This document shows, piece by piece, positions 1-11,528 of a stretch of 64,000 nt of DNA. This stretch comes from a virus: the IMG/VR virus record IMGVR_UViG_3300025865_000006, positions 53,071-117,070 of that record; one strand, given 5' to 3'. The translations under genes were made by a program, and so were the position numbers. Every line of letters starts with the position of its first letter. Positions within the stretch are counted from its first letter, which is position 1. The notes beneath the pieces are model-generated. The model was not told the DNA's origin. It ran no database searches and was given only the letters and a program-made list of their open reading frames with translations.

Positions 1-83
1 AAATATAAAACTAAAGTCAAACAAAAGGCTCTTAGAAATCATAAGGATTATAAGAGAGAGCTAAGAACTAAGAAGGATGAGTT

Positions 84-845
84 ATGTCAAAATGGACAGA
101 GAAGGAGTTAGCCGCTCTAGATGAAGTAGAAGATGCCAGTATGGCGTCCTATCATAGATTTGGCGCACTAACAGATTACAGCAAGCCTTATAATGCTTTC
201 GAAGTAAAGCGTAGACGAGTAGTTGGGGAGTCCCCTGCTAATATAAAAGCATCCGCATATGCTATTTCCCCTGAACAACTAGCACCCGTATTCTATAATG
301 CTAGTTTTGGTAGCTTACAAACCTTTGTAGGATTAACAATGGGCTATTGGGATTTAGAGACAACGTTTTCTAATCAGCCCCTCGTTCTATGTGGGGCGAT
401 TGCTAACCAATTTGGGGATGTACAACAGTTTTCTAAAGGTAAGGATATAACTGACGATAAAAAGTTAGTGCATGATATAGCTGCCGCTTTGGGAGAGTAT
501 GATGTTTGGGTTACTTGGAATGGGAAGCTCTTTGACGTACCTGTGTTGAATGGTAGGCTCCGTTATCATGGGTTGCAGCCTCTTCCATTAGTAAAGCATA
601 TCGATGCTATGTACTATGCTACTGGCGGATCGATGAGAATAGGGCGCAGATCGTTACAGTCGGTAAGTGAATACTTTGATGTACCCAACAGAAAGACTCC
701 ATTGACCGTTCGTAATTGGGACAAGGCAATGAGCGGGGATAAAGAAGCTTATAACTTAATTTTAGAGCATAATTATGCAGACGTGCTTGTAACACGCGAT
801 GTATTTAATGTACTAAAAACACAAGTCGCAAACATACATAGGTAG
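84..845 (+). CDS. RNase H-like/DnaQ-superfamily 3'-5' exonuclease (YprB/RNase_H_2-like)
   Basis: WDLET (ExoI), TWNGKLFDVP (ExoII), HID, SLQSVSEYF and HNYADV (ExoIII) motifs. Confidence 0.8.
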   Translation: MSKWTEKELAALDEVEDASMASYHRFGALTDYSKPYNAFEVKRRRVVGESPANIKASAYAISPEQLAPVFYNASFGSLQTFVGLTMGYWDLETTFSNQPLVLCGAIANQFGDVQQFSKGKDITDDKKLVHDIAAALGEYDVWVTWNGKLFDVPVLNGRLRYHGLQPLPLVKHIDAMYYATGGSMRIGRRSLQSVSEYFDVPNRKTPLTVRNWDKAMSGDKEAYNLILEHNYADVLVTRDVFNVLKTQVANIHR

Positions 846-850
846 ATTAT

Positions 851-1192
851 ATGGAAATAGGAATAGCTATCATAGTTGTATTGGTTGTTATACTGCTTGG
901 TGTACTCCTGGTGGAGACAAAAGAATACAGCGAGCATAAGAAAATAGTTGTGCGTTATAATGAAGCAAATTTGCAGTTTATTGCGGCCTTTGAAACTGTC
1001 AAGGGCGCAATAAATCACAACGCTGATATCCAGAAGGATGTATTGGAAAAAGTAATGGTCCTAGAGAAGGCGATGGAAGTAGTGTTCACAATACTGGACC
1101 TACACGACAAAGCACTAGGACAGAAAGTAGCAACTAATCTGAAACGGATGTTAGATGAACCGTTTCTACCGCTTAAAAAGCTAGAAGATTAA
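851..1192 (+). CDS. hypothetical protein with N-terminal transmembrane helix and coiled coil
   Basis: Hydrophobic N-terminus IGIAIIVVLVVILLGVLLV followed by a helical region. Confidence 0.6.
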   Translation: MEIGIAIIVVLVVILLGVLLVETKEYSEHKKIVVRYNEANLQFIAAFETVKGAINHNADIQKDVLEKVMVLEKAMEVVFTILDLHDKALGQKVATNLKRMLDEPFLPLKKLED

Positions 1193-1230
1193 AAAAAGAG
1201 AGCCGGGATCAAAACCCCGGCTCTCTTTCT
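1191..1230. terminator. bidirectional intrinsic terminator
   Basis: AAAGAGAGCCGGG/CCCGGCTCTCTTT hairpin between convergent genes, with an A-run on the left and T-rich sequence on the right. Confidence 0.8.
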
Positions 1231-1232
1231 GT

Positions 1233-3244
1233 TTACCTGTATTGCTCAATCCAGTCTTTTACTTTCTCGGGTGATCCCCAACATCCCTGAGGGGCTTCAT
1301 TGAAAAGCCATTCAGCCCATACATACATGTTTGCTTTATTAGTCCGGTCGGCTCTGCCGAATGCCTCTACTAGTTGATTACAGAGAACTGCATAAAGAAA
1401 GTCTCCGGGGGCTCTTCCCAATTCAATATATTCCCGTGCAGCACTCTGCATATGTTCGGGAAGGTTGCTATAATTAATATCTGTGCCCATTACTCAACCT
1501 CAAATTGTTCCATGACTTTTTGCAGCAACTCATCATAGTTTCCGGCTGTTGCCTCAACAAAGAAATCATCCCTTATGTCTTTGTCTACTCCTGCCCTCTT
1601 CATGGCTCTATCACAGATGCCAAGGATGGAGAAGGCATTGCCGTTGGCCCCTACAATTTTAACCTTAATCCTTTCTCCATTTCTATCCAGTATTGGCTCC
1701 ATTGTCATCCTCCTTGTTTAGGACTTCCTTATAAAACACTACCATGCCATGAAGAAAATCCTCATAACAACCTGCTAGGTGAAAGTAAAGCGGACGCTGT
1801 AGAGCAGCAGCTACGATAATGTACTTCTCGTTTTCCTCTCTAATAATGGAGGTACTACAATGGTAACAAACCACTGTCAGGTCGGACTCCATTGATGGGG
1901 GTGTTGCAAAATAGATTTGGTACTTGTTGTAGTCACGATCCCCGCCATAATTATACACTACGCCTCCTGCGTTTTATGCGGCTTGGGCTTCCGGCTCATG
2001 CGTCGGCAGTTGCAGCGTTCACCCATCCAGATAACGGAGCACGATCCGGTGGCACCGGACGGGTGCCACCAATGCCCACAGTTGGGGCAGCTTATTAGGT
2101 TGCGCGAGTCCATCGGATCAATCCTCCTGCGTGTCCATCATGCGGCGGCCCCGCAGCCCTGCCCAAATCTCTGCAAAAGAATCTGGATTGCCTAGATCAA
2201 TGTTGAAGTGACCGTTATCTCCATTGTCACCATCGCTCTCATTAATACCAAGATAGATATCATGGCTGATCCGATGCTTATCATTCGTTACAGCCCAATA
2301 CTTATCTACATTGAAGAGAAAGTCACAGGTAACTGTTCGAGGTTCAAGTCTATCAAGAGGCTCATAACCATAGTCTCCGCTCGCAGCAATCTCATCAGTC
2401 AAATCCTTGGCATAGTTGATCCCTGCCTCTACAAAATCTGTACCGCCCCAATGACTAAAGATCACTGGGGCATCAAAATCATTTTCCTTGCTGTTAGTAA
2501 ATCGAATGCTAACCCTGTCACCCATTATACTGCCTTCCGTACTTAATTCGCCAAGGACAGTAAGTTAGATGGTAAAACCACCACCCACTCTTAGTGTCAC
2601 AAATACAATCCTTCATTCTTTAAACCATTCCGTATCATCTTCTAGATCGTCCAAAAACTCTGGATCACAAGCCCCTACCATATAGGGCTGTCCCTCAGTT
2701 TCCTCCCCCTCTTCACCTGTTTCTAGATAGGTATTATAAAATTGCTTAGCTTCTTCTAGACTTTCAGCTTGAATTAGATATCGTCGATGCCAACGCTCTG
2801 CTTGGCTAACCTTAAAGAGTGGCATTTAATCCTCTTTCAGAGTAATTTCCCAAATTCCTGCGCCCAAGTGCTTACCAACAATAAGCCACATGGCTCCACA
2901 GGCCAGTATTCTTCCTTGTTCAGCCAGCATTACCTTACGATAGGTTTTAATGTCAACGACGGCTCGATAATATCGGGGCAGTCTAAAAGCGTTATCAGGT
3001 AATCGTCCATCAACAATATCAATTTGAGCCATACTTACTCACTCTCTTTCTCAAACTCAAAGCGATGAAGCTCTTTTCCGTCACGATACACCGTGACATA
3101 TCCTGATCCATCCCTATGAATGGTTGCGGTTGTAAACGTTCTCCATGTATTAGCCTGTGCTTCGGCCCATTCAGAACCTAGTCTATGAGTTTCCTTGATG
3201 CGGGAGCTATCGTATCCGATAGCCTTAGCGATTGTTGCTGCCAT
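1233..3244 (-). other. block of small phage hypothetical genes (1233-1490, 1490-1708, 1683-1958, 2118-2525, 2613-2825, 2826-3032, 3035-3244)
   Basis: Abutting or overlapping ORFs on one strand, several with SD-like sequences upstream. Confidence 0.65.
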
Positions 3245-4161
3245 TAGATTTCTCCTAACTTAACTCGTCCTCTACCTGTCCTATCAATCAAGCCTGTTTG
3301 CATGAGATAGGGTTCGATTTCTGTTTCGATTGTAACTACGTCCATGCTGGTGACTGCTGAGATATACTGAATACCAACAGGTCTATCGTCAGGCATGGCC
3401 GCAAGATATTGCTTATCCCTATCAGTAAATCCAAGCTTGTCAACCCCAAGCCTGTAGAATACGCTATCAGTAACATACTTGTTGATTACTCTGGTAGAGG
3501 TTACTGCCATATAATCAAAGACTGTGGCAAGATACATCAATCCAGTTCTTGGATTGAACCTACTGCGTGCTGCAATTCCTGTCAACTCATCATTAGGCTC
3601 GTAGCCCTTGCGTCTTGTAGTGTAGGCTAGGATAGTTGCAATATCACTTACACTGTACGGAGTTAAATTCACAGCCCTAAATCTACTTCGAAATGCCGAT
3701 GATAGAAGCCCCGGATTTGTTGTGCATCCAATGATGCTTAGTTTGCCACTGTCAATTACAAGGTTCAAACTATCGGCTGTCTCAGGATTTAGGTTGTGAA
3801 TTTCGTCTACGATGATCGTGCCTTTAGTCGGAGTGGCACGGTTGACCGCCGCTGCGTCAAACAGGGCACCAGAGCCATTGTAGGCCGTCAGGGCGAGCCG
3901 CGCAAGGGTGGTCTTGCCCGTGCCGTACGGCCCTGTTATCATAATGTTGGGGAGAAGACGATGTTCAATCTTAGCCGCATCAATAATGATACGAATAATA
4001 TCTTTCGCATTCTCTTGGCCAACATAATCCCCAAAGGTTTGGGGGGCAAAGATATCTGTAATTGGTTCTACATAACGTACCTTGTGTTGTACTGCGCTTT
4101 TATTTAGATTGCTGAGATACCTGTCTCGGAATGTCATTGACCGGGCAACCTTTCTGCCCAC
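3244..4161 (-). CDS. ruvB: RuvB-like Holliday junction branch-migration AAA+ ATPase
   Basis: P-x-TFGDYVGQE N-terminus, Walker A GPYGTGKTT, Walker B IIVDEIH, TTNPGLL..FRSRF, C-terminal IEPYLMQTGLIDRTGRGR. Confidence 0.85.
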   Translation of the reverse strand: MGRKVARSMTFRDRYLSNLNKSAVQHKVRYVEPITDIFAPQTFGDYVGQENAKDIIRIIIDAAKIEHRLLPNIMITGPYGTGKTTLARLALTAYNGSGALFDAAAVNRATPTKGTIIVDEIHNLNPETADSLNLVIDSGKLSIIGCTTNPGLLSSAFRSRFRAVNLTPYSVSDIATILAYTTRRKGYEPNDELTGIAARSRFNPRTGLMYLATVFDYMAVTSTRVINKYVTDSVFYRLGVDKLGFTDRDKQYLAAMPDDRPVGIQYISAVTSMDVVTIETEIEPYLMQTGLIDRTGRGRVKLGEI

Positions 4162-4319
4162 AATTAACAGTTTTGCAAAACGTATGTGGGTTTGCTTCTA
4201 GGTGACGTTGATTATGTCTATCCATTGGTTCTTTAACCCACTTAAAACAGGTGGGACATGGTTGCCCACTCATACTTCACTCTTTCTTAGATGCCGTGTC
4301 TAAACTTTGATTGTTGCAT

Positions 4320-4347
4320 AGCTTAATGTGCCAGAGCCATCCGTCAA
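4320..4347 (-). promoter_or_regulatory. sigma70-type promoter
   Basis: Minus strand TTGACG-N16-TAAGCT upstream of the ruvB-like gene. Confidence 0.5.
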
Positions 4348-4890
4348 GTGACCATCGCTTTGAGTAGCCACACTTGGGACAAACTAAGTCTTTCGACTTC
4401 CTACTCATACCTCACTCTTCTTCTTTACTGGCTCAATGAAATCGTGTTCCTTAACACAAACTTCATGAAAGGACTCCAAATCAGGCACACTTACAATGGT
4501 TCCCCCATCCTTAGGGCATTGCTTAATAACCCAACCATATTTATGACCTCTAAATGCAGAAGAAACTGCAACTTCTACAAAAGTTCCGTTCTTAATTGTC
4601 ATTTGATTATAATCTTTGTCGCTTCGGAGGGGGGAACATGAACAAAGAAGCCTTGAAGTTGTAGCTGCTCACAAATCTCGTTAATATCACCGTCCTCACC
4701 CCAACCAATATAGAATGCCCCTCCAAACGGAAACATCCCATCGATAAGATGCTCTGTATCCTGAGTAACATAGTAAACGTACTTATTGGTATGAAATTCG
4801 GATGTAGAGCAGGTATTACAATCCCCTGTCGTATTGACTTCGTAACCCTTACTCTTTAGGGTAGCGAAAGCAAGATCGACTCGGGCAAGA

Positions 4891-5340
4891 TCAGACAACT
4901 GCATTTTCGGCATCCCTCTTTTCCTTTCGCAGAATTTTGAATGCGTGCTGCCTTGCCTCTCTAATATACTTATCGCAAAAAGCGCGTGAATGGTAAGTGT
5001 TTTCCGGTTCGGCCCACTTTACTTTGCAGATAAAGCGCATCTCTTCCGCAGCAAGCTTATCACTATACCGCTGACTAAGAGTTTCCCCACGAGTCTGAAC
5101 AATCCAAGTCTCGCTGCCGGGCGATCCCCACATAAGGAAATCTTCGATATTAGTTACATGGTATCCCCTCACACACATCATTAAAGGTAGCTTTACTGCC
5201 GGAAGCCAAGGACCGGGCTCATTCCTACTGCCAAGCCAGCCCTCATATTTAAAGAACGAATATGGGCCTATATGCTTTCCGGCCCAAGTCGAAGCGAGAA
5301 CCTTAACGTACAGATTGCAATCATCTTTGCGCATTTTCAT
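4891..5340 (-). CDS. hypothetical protein, paralog of 27342-27833
   Basis: Shared motifs LMMCVRGYHV / LRMCERGWHV and W.V..RG....K....M.F. Confidence 0.6.
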   Translation of the reverse strand: MKMRKDDCNLYVKVLASTWAGKHIGPYSFFKYEGWLGSRNEPGPWLPAVKLPLMMCVRGYHVTNIEDFLMWGSPGSETWIVQTRGETLSQRYSDKLAAEEMRFICKVKWAEPENTYHSRAFCDKYIREARQHAFKILRKEKRDAENAVV

Positions 5341-6101
5341 TATCCTCTCAAAAGATTTCCATTACCGTGAGTACCACCAGCACCCATGCCCTGTTTGAAG
5401 GAAATTGTTTTGCCTGTTTCTTTTCCTGAATTATACGCAGACCCGTACAAATTAAAGTTAGAGGAAGAGTTGCTTAGTCGTGGCCAAGTAGCCTTAACAT
5501 ATCGCTCAACTTCTTTATCGTTAAAGACGATAACCGCGTTGATATTCTTATCCTCGCTTAGATTCTTCTTAGTCTCATTAAGGCGCTCCCCAATCGTATT
5601 GAGAGCACCATAATAGAAAGAATTCTTCCAAGTCTTGCCGTGGATATAACGCAGCGAGTAGTCTGTAAATAGACCTTGGCCGTACTTATCTTCAAGACTA
5701 CGAAGCTTTAGAATGTCATTCCAACGCTTGGCACAGATATCTTCAAGGTCACGCGCCAAAGTTTCCCAAAGAAATTGCGCAACTTCAATATTACTTTTCT
5801 TTCCAATCCAAATAAGACTACGCCCGCTTGTTAGAATCCTACAGAGATTAGCACTAGAAACGCTGTTTGCAAGATCAACCTTCCAGTTAATCTTATTCTG
5901 TTGGAAGATTTCCTGATACTCGTGACTAACCCGTTCTCGCTTTTCAAAGTCTGCCGAATCAATACGAGACATATCCAGATTATACTGGATGAGCAGCGCT
6001 TGCGCCTTTGCAGCCGCAGCAGCAGCCTCATTCTCGTTGCTATTCTTCTTTGATAGCGCCAGAAGCTTCTTGATCTTTAGAATGATACTATCTTCAACCA
6101 T
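5340..6101 (-). CDS. DUF2786-domain protein
   Basis: N-terminal KIKKLLALS..SNENEAAAAAAKAQALL..YNL signature; C-terminal AY..GK..G. Confidence 0.8.
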   Translation of the reverse strand: MVEDSIILKIKKLLALSKKNSNENEAAAAAAKAQALLIQYNLDMSRIDSADFEKRERVSHEYQEIFQQNKINWKVDLANSVSSANLCRILTSGRSLIWIGKKSNIEVAQFLWETLARDLEDICAKRWNDILKLRSLEDKYGQGLFTDYSLRYIHGKTWKNSFYYGALNTIGERLNETKKNLSEDKNINAVIVFNDKEVERYVKATWPRLSNSSSNFNLYGSAYNSGKETGKTISFKQGMGAGGTHGNGNLLRG

Positions 6102-6205
6102 ATCCTAACTTTCCTTTCGTCCACGTTCGTATCCTAGTGAGTAACAGTAGATGCCCACATTAAGGGACGTAAATAAAACCATGAGCAGGAGAAAAGTTCC
6201 GTCAC

Positions 6206-8978
6206 TCATTCAATTCTCTCAACACAGCCACAATAATAGGTATCAACTTGCCTTCCCGGCATATACCGGAACATATTCAGGCTTAGGTTTGATTGAGTCT
6301 CGCCATGCCGAATTCCACCGGGCTGTTCACCCACCCAACATGCAGCCATTCGACTGCGCAATGCTTTTAGCGGTACAATGGTTTTAGCCTCTTTACGAGA
6401 CTCTGCATTGGCATAGGTAGCGGTATAACACTTACCACAGACTGGCGATCTATTTCCTTCGGGGTCAGTATAATTTGAGTCAGAAACATGCCCGCAAGCC
6501 ATAAGGCTGCGCAATGACAAAGTGTAATTATCCATTTCTCCAAACCGATTTAGCTAATTTTTTGGGGGAGTAATTTTCCCTAGTTTTTCAATCTACCACA
6601 ACAATTCTGCCAATTCGAATCCAATGACGAGTCATATCGTTTGCTTCTAGACGCATCGCCTCATAGTATTCTTTTTGAATCTCCCTCGGCACATCAGGCT
6701 CATCAATCATTCCAGCGATTTTTGCGCCAATATACAATTCGTGATAATGCTCTTTTTCAGTCTCATTGGTAATTCGGGCACTTTCAGCATCATAGAAGTA
6801 GCCGCAATTATTACAGCGCCAAAGACCGTCCTCGATCATTGTAGCGCCCCATTCACCTTCGCATTTTACACAGCTAACGGTATATCTATCCATATCATCC
6901 TTTCCGCAAAGTACCCTCTGAAAAGTCCGCAAAATACCCCCTCGGACGCCCTGAGCGTATCACAAAACGTAGTGGGTGTCAAGACTTTTCATTTTCCGCT
7001 GATTTAAGGTGCCACAAGAGGTCGGCCAAACCGATTTCGGTAAAACCGTCCTTCTGTAACTCAACAATTGTTGCCCTTACATCATTAAGGTTAACCCTAA
7101 CAAGATTTAGAACTCTATAATTAGGATCATTGGGATCAATTTCTGTCACTTTAAGTTTCTCCATATTTAGCCCAACGTTCTGCTTCCCATTCTGCTTCCC
7201 ACTTATCCTCCCATGCTTGGGCTTCTGCAAGGGATTTGGGGGCACCCATAGTATAAATCCCTGTATACTTGTCATTATGCTCATGAGTCAATTGACGCCA
7301 TGAATGCCAAAATGTAGGCTTAATCCCATCATTGAGATAGCCAAAAGTAATCATTCCGTATCTAGGTTTACAGGTTGATACAATACCCTCTTCCATGACA
7401 GAGTGCCAAAATCTATAAACATAGCTTAGAACCGGCCATTTCATCCACGGAATATGGTTATATAGAGAGAATGTGATTTTAAAAACTTTCATGCTGCGAT
7501 CAGAGTTACGTCTAGCAGCAGGAGACATAGAATTACGCAGGCTATCCCAATTAAAGGGTGTATATCTGGTCCAGCCGCAAATGCCACACTCAATCTCTTC
7601 GGGCATATCTTTGGCACAAACATGCTCATTTATATAGCATTCCACACACACGTCTGGCGAAGGCTCACCTACATGGTCGTGTGTTGCTCTATTCGCATCT
7701 TCTTGTTCAATCTCATTCACGCTATTCTCCTAAATGCTCTAAAAGATTTTCAATTGCGGCTGCTGGTCCGCGTCTAAATTTTTCTGTGCCCATTCCATCA
7801 AACCCGTATATGCGAGGATTACTGGTACGAGAAGGATTTACTACCCATATTGTCCAGTTCCCTCCAATACTTCGACGTAAATTAATCTCCCACCCTTCTA
7901 TTTTTCGGTGTAGCCTAATCTCTAAGAGAGCCATTGCTTCATCTAGACTCATGTTTATCACACAACGGTCCTATATAAATACCATTACTCATCAACCAAT
8001 GAGCGTGTTTTCGCGCAATATGAAGATAAAACTCTTTGGATGGGCAATCCTCCCATTTATGGGGATACTCCTTAGTTGCACAGCCTTTATGTAAGATTAC
8101 CTGTGCATAGGTAATAAGATACGGAGTCATATAATCTTCTTGAAGGAGCGACGAATATTGATAAACACTTTAAACTCAATGGCGAAGAGATACTTAGGTT
8201 TATGGGAAGGGGCAGTTTCCAGCACCTTAAATAGGAGCGGACCAAACCAAAGATAAGCTGCTCCAAAGGAGGGAGATTTTGTAACGTGTAGAGCAATCAT
8301 TTTATATGCGGCCACGCCATGAGGGACATAATCACTCCCCAAAACGCCCCACTAATAAGGCAAAAAATTTCATATGGCATAAATGGGGGATGGAAAATCG
8401 CCCCTAATAGACCAACTATAGCTGGCCAAATAAGGAAAACTGCCACTCTCTTAATTGCTACTTTCACAGTTGCCCTGCCATTTCAAACTTACAGATACAA
8501 TGATCAAGACAGTTTCCACAATTAGTGCAGTGGTCACTGGTGTAGTAAGTAATATATGCCCTATTACAGTCATCGCACTGACCAACATACTCCATATCAT
8601 AATGCTCTTTATTGTCTCCATATTCATCGGAGACAAAGAGAATAGAGGCACCAGCATTCCTACTGGTTGCATCGTCAAGCATTCCCCATGCTTGCTTTGC
8701 AGCATCTAGACTGTTTTCTGCTTCCACAATAACAGACCACTCAACACAAAATGTAGTTTCCATTAATCATCTTCCCCATTAAATTCTTCTGGACCAAAAT
8801 ACTCATCTAGATGCGTCTGGCAGAAAATCTCTTTCCTAAATTTCCCTCTTTTACAGTCCTTTTCCTCACATAGCGGTTCGTCACATCTACACGTACCATT
8901 AGCTCGGTAGTGGGACGGAAGAAGGATTACCATAGGGCATCTCATAATGTCTTTAATGTTAATAATCTTGATTTCCAT
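6206..8978 (-). other. block of small hypothetical genes, many Cys/His-rich (e.g. 6206-6535, 6588-6932, 7151-7720, 7722-7961, 7939-8130, 8464-8763, 8763-8978)
   Basis: Tightly packed co-oriented ORFs with CxxC motifs. Confidence 0.6.
6954..6982 (-). promoter_or_regulatory. sigma70-type promoter
   Basis: Minus strand TTGACA-N17-TACGCT. Confidence 0.6.
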
Positions 8979-9000
8979 TTTTTCTCCTTTTTGGGTAAAT

Positions 9001-9033
9001 AAAAAGGGCCGAAAACTCTTCCGGCCCTCTTTA
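9001..9033 (-). terminator. intrinsic terminator after the 9069-9638 gene
   Basis: AGGGCCG/CGGCCCT hairpin followed by a T-run on the minus strand. Confidence 0.65.
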
Positions 9034-9068
9034 CTTTGTAAGTGGGAATACCGTGGAATTGTTGGAAA

Positions 9069-9638
9069 TTACTGGTTGCCCATCGCTGCGTTAACCGCTG
9101 CACGAAGGCGAGAAAGAGCCTCAGGGTTAATTCCCTTAAGAGTAGTCTCATCGATATCGTCCAGACTATCGAGGCGGAAAATCTTCCGCTTGGGACCACG
9201 CTTTTTCAGGAGATTGCGATTAGCCTTATAATTGGCAACCGCATCCTTAAGATATGCGGGAGTCTTAGAGGTATTATCCTCAACAGACCCGCGCCAATAC
9301 TGGACCATGAGTGCCGTAATTGCAGCCACATCTGCAAAATCGGCAGGAGCCTCACCCTGCACCCAAAAGAGTGTAGGAATGAGTTCCAGACGCCGATTAT
9401 GCTTGCTGATATCCTCGACAATGGTATCCACATCGTACTGCGGATCACACGTCAGACTATCAACAAAAACACCCTCCGGCGTCACCCGGAAACTAGCACG
9501 CGCCCCAAACAGGTGATAAAGGCCCTGCCAAGCGGCAAGGATTGCACTACCCTTATCGGGACCGTAAAACTTGACCGGAGTACCATCAACCAAAGTCTCG
9601 GTATCGGTAGCCGGTGCGGGAGCAGTAGACCTAGCCAT
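9069..9638 (-). CDS. hypothetical protein, possibly DNA-binding (KKRGPKRK patch)
   Basis: 189-aa ORF with AAAGGA SD, its own upstream promoter and downstream terminator. Confidence 0.7.
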   Translation of the reverse strand: MARSTAPAPATDTETLVDGTPVKFYGPDKGSAILAAWQGLYHLFGARASFRVTPEGVFVDSLTCDPQYDVDTIVEDISKHNRRLELIPTLFWVQGEAPADFADVAAITALMVQYWRGSVEDNTSKTPAYLKDAVANYKANRNLLKKRGPKRKIFRLDSLDDIDETTLKGINPEALSRLRAAVNAAMGNQ

Positions 9639-9841
9639 TGGAATAAATATCCTTTCTTTAGATATCTACTTCCAACTTTCCCACGGTATTCACTTGTTAA
9701 GTTTCGACGGCTATCGTAGCACTCGATATCTAGGAAGATCAACTCCTGAGTTTTGTAGATCGATACTTGTTTGTTTGATCGACCCTATTCACGAGAGCTA
9801 CTTTCTAGCGTTTTCGAGCCATCCCCGCCGCTGTAAGAGGT

Positions 9842-9870
9842 ACACTAGCACAACGGGTTATGAGCGTCAA
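9842..9870 (-). promoter_or_regulatory. sigma70-type promoter, leftward arm of a divergent region
   Basis: Minus strand TTGACG-N17-TAGTGT. Confidence 0.55.
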
Positions 9871-10253
9871 CATTTTCTTTCAAAGTAGCCTTTAGGCGTG
9901 GCTTATTTCCTAATTAGAGTTACGACGAACTTTCTGTTACCATTTGGTAGTTCATTTATGATTTTAGAGTATAAAACTTTCTGCTGTTACCCTGTGGAAA
10001 CTGGGAATAATTATAGGCTGTAAAAACATTTCTTTTTACCACTCATTTTTTCCCGTACAATAGCTCAGGCTTCTATTCCTATACTATTACGTATCACCTA
10101 AGCCTAGGCAAATTTACAGTCGAACTTTCCAGTCCACAACCTCCCTCGCGCGGGCGCATAAACTGCTCCCGCGTGCAGTTTATATGGCACGCCGTTGTCA
10201 GTTCCCATTTCTAGGCAATTGTTGCGAACTACAAAACATCCCCCTATTGTCTA

Positions 10254-10281
10254 TTGACATGGCGGATATTTGTGGTATGAT
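10254..10281 (+). promoter_or_regulatory. sigma70-type promoter, rightward arm of a divergent region
   Basis: TTGACA-N16-TATGAT with extended TG element. Confidence 0.7.
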
Positions 10282-11449
10282 TCTCGTAGAGATTTGATCT
10301 GGTGGTATTGCAGCGTTTCTACGGCGGGAAAAGCCGGTCGGCCATAATGTTGAGAAAAAAGAAAGGGAATATAAATGACACCGCAAGAAATGGCTGATTT
10401 GCTGAAAAACTATGGTACTCAGCAAAGGACTGTGGAAAAGCAAATTGTCCATCGGTTGTATAATGTTGTGATTAGGGACGGCAATCATAGCATTGTGGAA
10501 ATCGAAGAGTTGGTTTCTCTGCGAAAGGCCCGAGAAATCAAGAATGAGGCTCATGCAAACGGATGTACAGCCGATATTCTTGAAGATTGGACCATTGATT
10601 GCAATGATCGAGAAATCAATCCGAAGCCGATTATTTGCAGTCCTATTCCTGCACCACGGGTTACGGCAATGAATACGCCGAGAATTCCCGAAAAGAAAGG
10701 ACAACTTCGAACTCAGCAGAATATGGCTAAGGCTCAGGATAAGTTTTCTCGAAGCCATAAGAATGTGGAAAGCGAATTCCACATGTTTCGCATTGTGAAT
10801 AAGGTCTTAGAAATCGATATCCAAGATACTGAAGCGAAGATTGCTGAGTATCTGGATGGGCGCAAGGATATCAAGGACTTCAAGATCATCTATTGTGGAA
10901 TTGCAACTTCGTGGGGAGTGGATGCATAAATGAAGATCAAAATCAACTGGGAAAAGACTGGACCGCATAGCGATCTATTTCCCCGCTCTTGGTGTCGAAT
11001 TGCATGTGGATCAACTTGCTTTACCAAAGGAATTGTCCAGAGGTTGATTGATGTTTCAAATAACTCTAAAACGTTGGATACGTTGGAGTGACGACGAAAA
11101 TAATAATCTAGAATTCGTCGTCTGGACCGGAACAAGAAGGAAAGAAGCACGAGGACAGATAAAAGCTCATACTCACTCTATCAAGGAAATGATGGAAAAG
11201 CACGGATGGAGTGACGGACAACGATTTGATCCCGATAGAGGAATTCTTCAGTATTGGGATGATGAAGGTGTCTGGTTTGAGCAGACGTTTGAGATGAGTG
11301 AAGTAGATGGGAAAGAAGCAGCAGTGTGAGCATGATTTCCAACATTGTAACACACAAGATACGGAATTCATCAAGTTTTTGAATGTTCCGAAACCTTGTT
11401 GTGAGCAGTGTTGGAAATGCTCCACCATCAAAAAGTGTACGGAACATTG

Positions 11450-11528
11450 ATCCAGCACTCAAAGTTGCAATCACCTATTTTAATTTACACTTTCATGTGT
11501 AGGTTGATTGCAACTTTGAGTGCTGGAT
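11450..11528. repeat. perfect 24-bp inverted repeat
   Basis: ATCCAGCACTCAAAGTTGCAATCA (11450-11473) is the exact reverse complement of 11505-11528. Confidence 0.9.
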
